Assembly: GCA_965198235.1 (NCBI GenBank)
Contig: OZ240248.1
Coordinates: forward strand, 1,984,001 to 2,048,000
Length of the DNA stretch: 64,000 nt
Reading direction: 5' to 3'
DNA from: Candidatus Poribacteria bacterium
GTDB taxonomy: Bacteria > Poribacteria > WGA-4E > WGA-3G
The position numbers were made by a program, and so were the translations under genes. Under the pieces are notes generated by a model. That model searched no databases. It saw only the letters and a program-made list of their open reading frames with translations, and was not told the DNA's origin. Shown here piece after piece: positions 59,769 to 64,000 of this stretch (the first letter of the stretch is position 1; each line of letters opens with the position of its first letter).

Positions 59769-60419
59769 TTACTGTATGAATTCTTCAGATTGCCACATCG
59801 GGATAGTTATTGCCAGCTCACTTCGCAAGGCTTCAATCTCTTGGGAAAGAAAAGAGAGCAGGCGTTGCATCATCCGAATTGCATCGTCTGTTGGTCGTGC
59901 CTCAATAACCTGTTCAAGTTCTATCTGCAATTGATAGGCTTCATTGAATCGCGTCCGCTTTTGAGTTCGGTCACGACGGTGTTGCTGCAGCCATGAACGA
60001 TTAAGACGGAGCGTGGAAATATGGTATTCACCGCAAGATGTAAGCGGCTGAAGTAAACCGTCGTCGGTTTCGATGAAATGAATACCGGCATCTTGTTCAC
60101 GACATGGATCTGCAAACCGATACCCACGGCGAAGTTGTTCGCGTGTCGGCCATTTGTTATGTTTTATCATATTACATGGGATGCAGACCCAATATAGGTT
60201 GGTATAGTCATTGACAGGTCCGCCTCTGCTTTGTGGTTTGAAATGGTCAATGCAAAAGGCTTGGGTGCCGCCTTTTATTGCTTCGTGAACACCGCAATAA
60301 GCGCAACGGAAATCGAAATCTCTGCGTAGATAAGGTTCAGCGTTCCGATATCCCATCCTGCCTCGCATCACAGGTGGTGATTCTCGTCGGCGGATACGAG
60401 GGGATGTTCTGTGATTCAC
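59769..60419 (-). CDS. HNH endonuclease
   Basis: LRRDF..RCAYC, IDHFKP, NL...C..CN..K. Confidence 0.9.
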   Translation of the reverse strand: MNHRTSPRIRRRESPPVMRGRMGYRNAEPYLRRDFDFRCAYCGVHEAIKGGTQAFCIDHFKPQSRGGPVNDYTNLYWVCIPCNMIKHNKWPTREQLRRGYRFADPCREQDAGIHFIETDDGLLQPLTSCGEYHISTLRLNRSWLQQHRRDRTQKRTRFNEAYQLQIELEQVIEARPTDDAIRMMQRLLSFLSQEIEALRSELAITIPMWQSEEFIQ

Positions 60420-60835
60420 ATCAATTCCCTTAATTCACGCAGTTTGGTAACTACCTCCTCAAATCTTTGTTTCCAATCTGCATCTCGTAAGGTCGCTCGC
60501 TTCTGCATCGATTGTATGAGTGGTTGCGCCGCTTCTGCGTCGTTAAGCTGCCGGTCCAACTGGGTCAACTCAATTTCCTCTTGAGGTGTTAAACCGTTGG
60601 AGAACTTCTTATCTAATAATTTATGATACGCCTCAAGTAGATCTGTAGGAAGTTCGTAGTCAAAGGCGTTTTCACCTTCGTCCGGGTGCCATTTGCGATA
60701 CTCATCCATCGGGACAATTGCGGCTACAGGCTTCCCATTGTGTTCAAGGACAAGACTCTCATATCCCTCCCAACTTGCCCGCAGTAAATTTTCAATTTGA
60801 AGTGGAAGTTGGTCCAATGAAATTGTTTTACGCAT
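60416..60835 (-). CDS. Phd/YefM-like antitoxin-domain protein
   Basis: LVLEHNGKPVAAIVPMDEY Phd-like motif; 4-nt GTGA overlap with the HNH gene. Confidence 0.6.
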   Translation of the reverse strand: MRKTISLDQLPLQIENLLRASWEGYESLVLEHNGKPVAAIVPMDEYRKWHPDEGENAFDYELPTDLLEAYHKLLDKKFSNGLTPQEEIELTQLDRQLNDAEAAQPLIQSMQKRATLRDADWKQRFEEVVTKLRELRELM

Positions 60836-60945
60836 AGGTCCGTCTCCTTTTCAAGTATCATTTTCAGTCATTATTATACCATATTCTTTAGAGTATTTGC
60901 TATATCTTTTACAATGGTGTGAGTAGCGGATGATAGTTAAACAAC

Positions 60946-61500
60946 TCAATCAATATACTTATCTTCGTTGAACTTCGTCCACGATTCAAATATAGGAAAG
61001 GGGCGAGGAAAATCGTCGTTGTCGATATTCAACTTGAACTGTATCTTCTCGCTATCAAAGAGATCCCGGATCGAAATGGAAACTCCTGAAGTTCCAATAC
61101 AGTGGTCGCACGGTGTTGGGAGTATTTGTGCCGAGCGCGGTGCCTGAAAATGAATTCTGTATTCCGAGCCATTCTTTTCAATATGGTAATCGTCCGAAAA
61201 AATCTCCCACTCGCTGAGGGCAGTATTGCCTTCGGCGTATTGTGCCCAAAGACGAACACCATTAAAGAAATCAACAATTACGCCTTTTCTTTTGTTCGCG
61301 TCTTTGGAAGGGTCAAATTGCCGAAATGAACGATCCTTTAGTTCTGCTTTTACCAATTGTTCCTCATCGCTATCCACTGGTTGCAATGGGTTCGCACATG
61401 AAAAGAGAATTAGGCAGATGAACGCGAGCGTGGAAGACACGAGGCATATTTTTTTGTTTGTTTTGAAGACATTACATGGACGCATGTGTATTTCCTCCAT
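60946..61500 (-). CDS. Hypothetical lipoprotein
   Basis: Hydrophobic stretch ending in lipobox-like LFSC; start uncertain. Confidence 0.6.
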   Translation of the reverse strand: MEEIHMRPCNVFKTNKKICLVSSTLAFICLILFSCANPLQPVDSDEEQLVKAELKDRSFRQFDPSKDANKRKGVIVDFFNGVRLWAQYAEGNTALSEWEIFSDDYHIEKNGSEYRIHFQAPRSAQILPTPCDHCIGTSGVSISIRDLFDSEKIQFKLNIDNDDFPRPFPIFESWTKFNEDKYID

Positions 61501-61651
61501 TGTATTTTTTATTATCCAAATTTTAGCGTTAAACGAACCGGATTTTCAAAAGAAAGCGGACGGTATACCTGAAAAAATTGGATTGTGCTTGATCTGTAAC
61601 CTCTTCTCTGCTAAAATGGGCGGTGAATTTATGATTGGGGAGAGTGTTGTT

Positions 61652-62680
61652 ATGCAGGAAATTGTGGTAGATTCAGCGAAGTTACACGATTTCGCTCGGA
61701 CACTTTGTGAAAAGGCGGGATTGCGTTCGGAAGACGGAGAGACGATCGCGAAGCATCAGGTGCTAACCGATTTGCGAGGTGTGCATTCACACGGCACACG
61801 CGCTTTACCGGGTTACCTCAACCTCGTTCTTGACGGAAAGATGAACCCACAACCCGAACTCCGCCTCGCGACAGAGGGACCGAGTTTCGCTGTTGTTGAC
61901 GGGGATAACGGGATGGGACATCTGGCAAGCACGTTCGCAATGGAGACGGCAATAGAGAAGGCAAAGACAACGGGGATCGCTGCCGCAGGGGTTCGCAACG
62001 CCGGTCATTTCGGTGCGGCGGCATGCTACGCAATGATGGCGGCATCGAGCCAGATGATCGGGTTTTCGACGACGAACACAGGCGGTGCCTCTATCGTAGC
62101 CCCAGGCGGTGCGGAAGCAGTTGTTGCAAACAATGCGATGAGTTATGCCTTGCCTACCGGCGATGGGCATCCGATTGTATTGGACATGGCGTGTGGCGTT
62201 TCCGCATGGGGGAAAATTGGCACATTACGGATGTATGGCAAACCGATTCCCGAAGGGTGGCTTATAGATGAGACGGGTCAACCTACCAACGATCCAGAGA
62301 AGGGACGTTTCCTCGCACCGGCAGCGGGACCACGGGGTTACGGATTGGCACTCATTATGGGCATCCTCGCCGGTCCTTTGAGCGGTGGCTTAATGGCTTG
62401 TAATAAAGCAGGCGATCCCTCTGAACACTTCTTCTTCGCGATGAATATTGCGAGTTTCACGGACTACGACGGTTATAGCGAGGAAATCCAGCGGGGTATA
62501 GACAAAATTCACGCCTCGAAAACGGCAGAAGGCGTGGAGCAAGCCTATCTCCCCGGCGAAATTGAGTGGAATCACTACGATAATTACCTTGAAAACGGCA
62601 TTCCGATCCACGTAGACCATTTACGGGGTCTCGCTGGCATCGCTGAAAAGTTAGATATCCCCATCTGTTGGGAGTGGTAG
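61652..62680 (+). CDS. Ldh_2 family oxidoreductase (malate/L-lactate/ureidoglycolate dehydrogenase-like)
   Basis: DLRGVHSHG, VDGDNGMGH, N.GHFGA, VLDMA, G.PT.DP, GYGL, YLPGE; start moved to MQEIVV. Confidence 0.88.
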   Translation: MQEIVVDSAKLHDFARTLCEKAGLRSEDGETIAKHQVLTDLRGVHSHGTRALPGYLNLVLDGKMNPQPELRLATEGPSFAVVDGDNGMGHLASTFAMETAIEKAKTTGIAAAGVRNAGHFGAAACYAMMAASSQMIGFSTTNTGGASIVAPGGAEAVVANNAMSYALPTGDGHPIVLDMACGVSAWGKIGTLRMYGKPIPEGWLIDETGQPTNDPEKGRFLAPAAGPRGYGLALIMGILAGPLSGGLMACNKAGDPSEHFFFAMNIASFTDYDGYSEEIQRGIDKIHASKTAEGVEQAYLPGEIEWNHYDNYLENGIPIHVDHLRGLAGIAEKLDIPICWEW

Positions 62681-62746
62681 GAGAGAGGCAAAAACGAGTC
62701 GAAGCCTCAATCCGTAATCAAAAATAGAGGAGGGAAGGGGTAAAAT

Positions 62747-64000
62747 ATGGCAGAAACGAAAGAACGTGTAGCGGGCGGCACGCTCCCCGATTGGGAGGTC
62801 GAAGATTTACCTGCACCGCCCCCTTATCAATTTGGAAAAGCGTTTCGGAGTATCTTAGGTCCCGGCATTATCGCCTTGGGCGGTTCAATCGGCAGTGGAG
62901 AGTGGTTGCTCGGTCCCGCGATTACCGCACAATACGGGGGTAGATTGCTCTGGATTGCGACATTCGCCATCCTGCTTCAGGTGGTTCTCAATACAGAAGC
63001 GATCCGCTATACACTTTACACCGGCGAGCCGATGATGAGCGGTTACATGCGGTGCAAGCCGGGCGCGCCTTTCTGGATGACTTTCTATTCGGGTATAAAC
63101 TTTTTCGGAATTTGGCCCGGTTGGGCAATGACGGCTGCGACAGCACTCGCTGCTGCGTGGCTCGGCTATATGCCGCAGGATGCAGATGGCGGGACGGTGC
63201 GCGTGTTCGCATATCTCATCTTTTTCTCCTGTCTGGGAATTGTGCTGTTCGGCGGGAAGATTTATAACTCGCTTGAGAAGGTGCAACTCTTTATGGTCGT
63301 TTGGATTATCAGCTACCTCATCGTCATTGATCTGTTTATGGTGTCGCCAAAAGTGTGGTGGAGTGTTATCAAAGGTTTCTTTAGTTTCGGAGCACTCCCT
63401 ACCCCTGGAGCAGATGGGCAGGTGAATTGGTTGCTTGTCGGTGCATTCGCGGCGTATGCAGGCAGCGGCGGCTTAGGCAATGTTGGCATGACCCATTACG
63501 TTCGCGATAAAGGGTGGGGTATGAGCAGTCTCGTCGGCGCAATCCCATCAATGGTCGGTGGACAGCACGTGACACTCTCGCACTGGGGTAAAGTGTTTCG
63601 CATCACACCAGAGAACCTCAAACGGTTCAAGGAGTGGTGGAAATATGTCAGGTTTGAACAGTATTACATCTGGATGATCGGATGTTTCATCGGTATTGCG
63701 TTGCCCGCAATGCTAACCTTGGAGTATGTGCCTCAGGGACAGGAGATGGAACAGTGGTCGGCAGCGGCAATCCAAGCGGAGGGACTTGAGGCAAGAGGCG
63801 GTAGAAGTATGTGGTATCTCACGCTACTCTGCGGTTTCTGGGTGCTGTTTTCGACACAACTCGGTGGAGTGGACGGTGTGCCGCGCGGTTTTACTGATAT
63901 TATTTGGACCGGCGTGAAGCGTGCTCGAAACTTGGGTGAACACAGCGCAAAATGGATTTACTATCCGATACTCGGTGTTTATATTGTCTGGGGCATCATC
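62747..64000 (+). CDS. Nramp-family (APC superfamily) transporter, runs off window
   Basis: Manual translation ...ILGPGIIALGGSIGSGEWLLGPA..AQYG..LLW...NTEAIRYTLYTGEP; GAGGAGG RBS region. Confidence 0.8.
   Translation, partial: MAETKERVAGGTLPDWEVEDLPAPPPYQFGKAFRSILGPGIIALGGSIGSGEWLLGPAITAQYGGRLLWIATFAILLQVVLNTEAIRYTLYTGEPMMSGYMRCKPGAPFWMTFYSGINFFGIWPGWAMTAATALAAAWLGYMPQDADGGTVRVFAYLIFFSCLGIVLFGGKIYNSLEKVQLFMVVWIISYLIVIDLFMVSPKVWWSVIKGFFSFGALPTPGADGQVNWLLVGAFAAYAGSGGLGNVGMTHYVRDKGWGMSSLVGAIPSMVGGQHVTLSHWGKVFRITPENLKRFKEWWKYVRFEQYYIWMIGCFIGIALPAMLTLEYVPQGQEMEQWSAAAIQAEGLEARGGRSMWYLTLLCGFWVLFSTQLGGVDGVPRGFTDIIWTGVKRARNLGEHSAKWIYYPILGVYIVWGII

Noticed and set aside
61226-61651. Long N-terminal extension of the Ldh_2 ORF in the track
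   Set aside because: Overlaps the opposite-strand lipoprotein gene; family homology and an RBS begin near 61652.

Overview
Bacterial chromosomal window, most likely Candidatus Poribacteria (inferred). The signs are a LamG protein ending in the LPVESKGKLAITWAALK tail, three PhyH dioxygenases, an orphan EutN/CcmL microcompartment vertex gene, and CRTAC1/TPR and NACHT proteins. About 55 CDSs are present, mostly catabolic or small-molecule-modifying enzymes (GNATs, SAM methyltransferases, APH-like and AAC(3)-like enzymes, VOC, sulfotransferase, oxidoreductases). Mobile DNA comprises an intact IS982-family element with TIRs and target duplication, an intact TnpB-only IS200/IS605 element, a second copy of that TnpB element broken only by indels and carrying captured foreign DNA, and several GTAG-type REP palindromes. 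The most unusual items are: (1) the indel-only shredded tnpB copy; (2) an unannotated, highly structured ~250-nt RNA with its own promoter and terminator at 25.3-25.6 kb; (3) an RsgA GTPase with an N-terminal ADP-ribosyltransferase-like extension next to a divergent nucleosidase; (4) a Phd-like antitoxin/HNH/NACHT locus; (5) a pseudoknot leader in the TnpB element. I saw no rRNA, tRNA or CRISPR array. All calls come from reading the sequence; no database searches were run.
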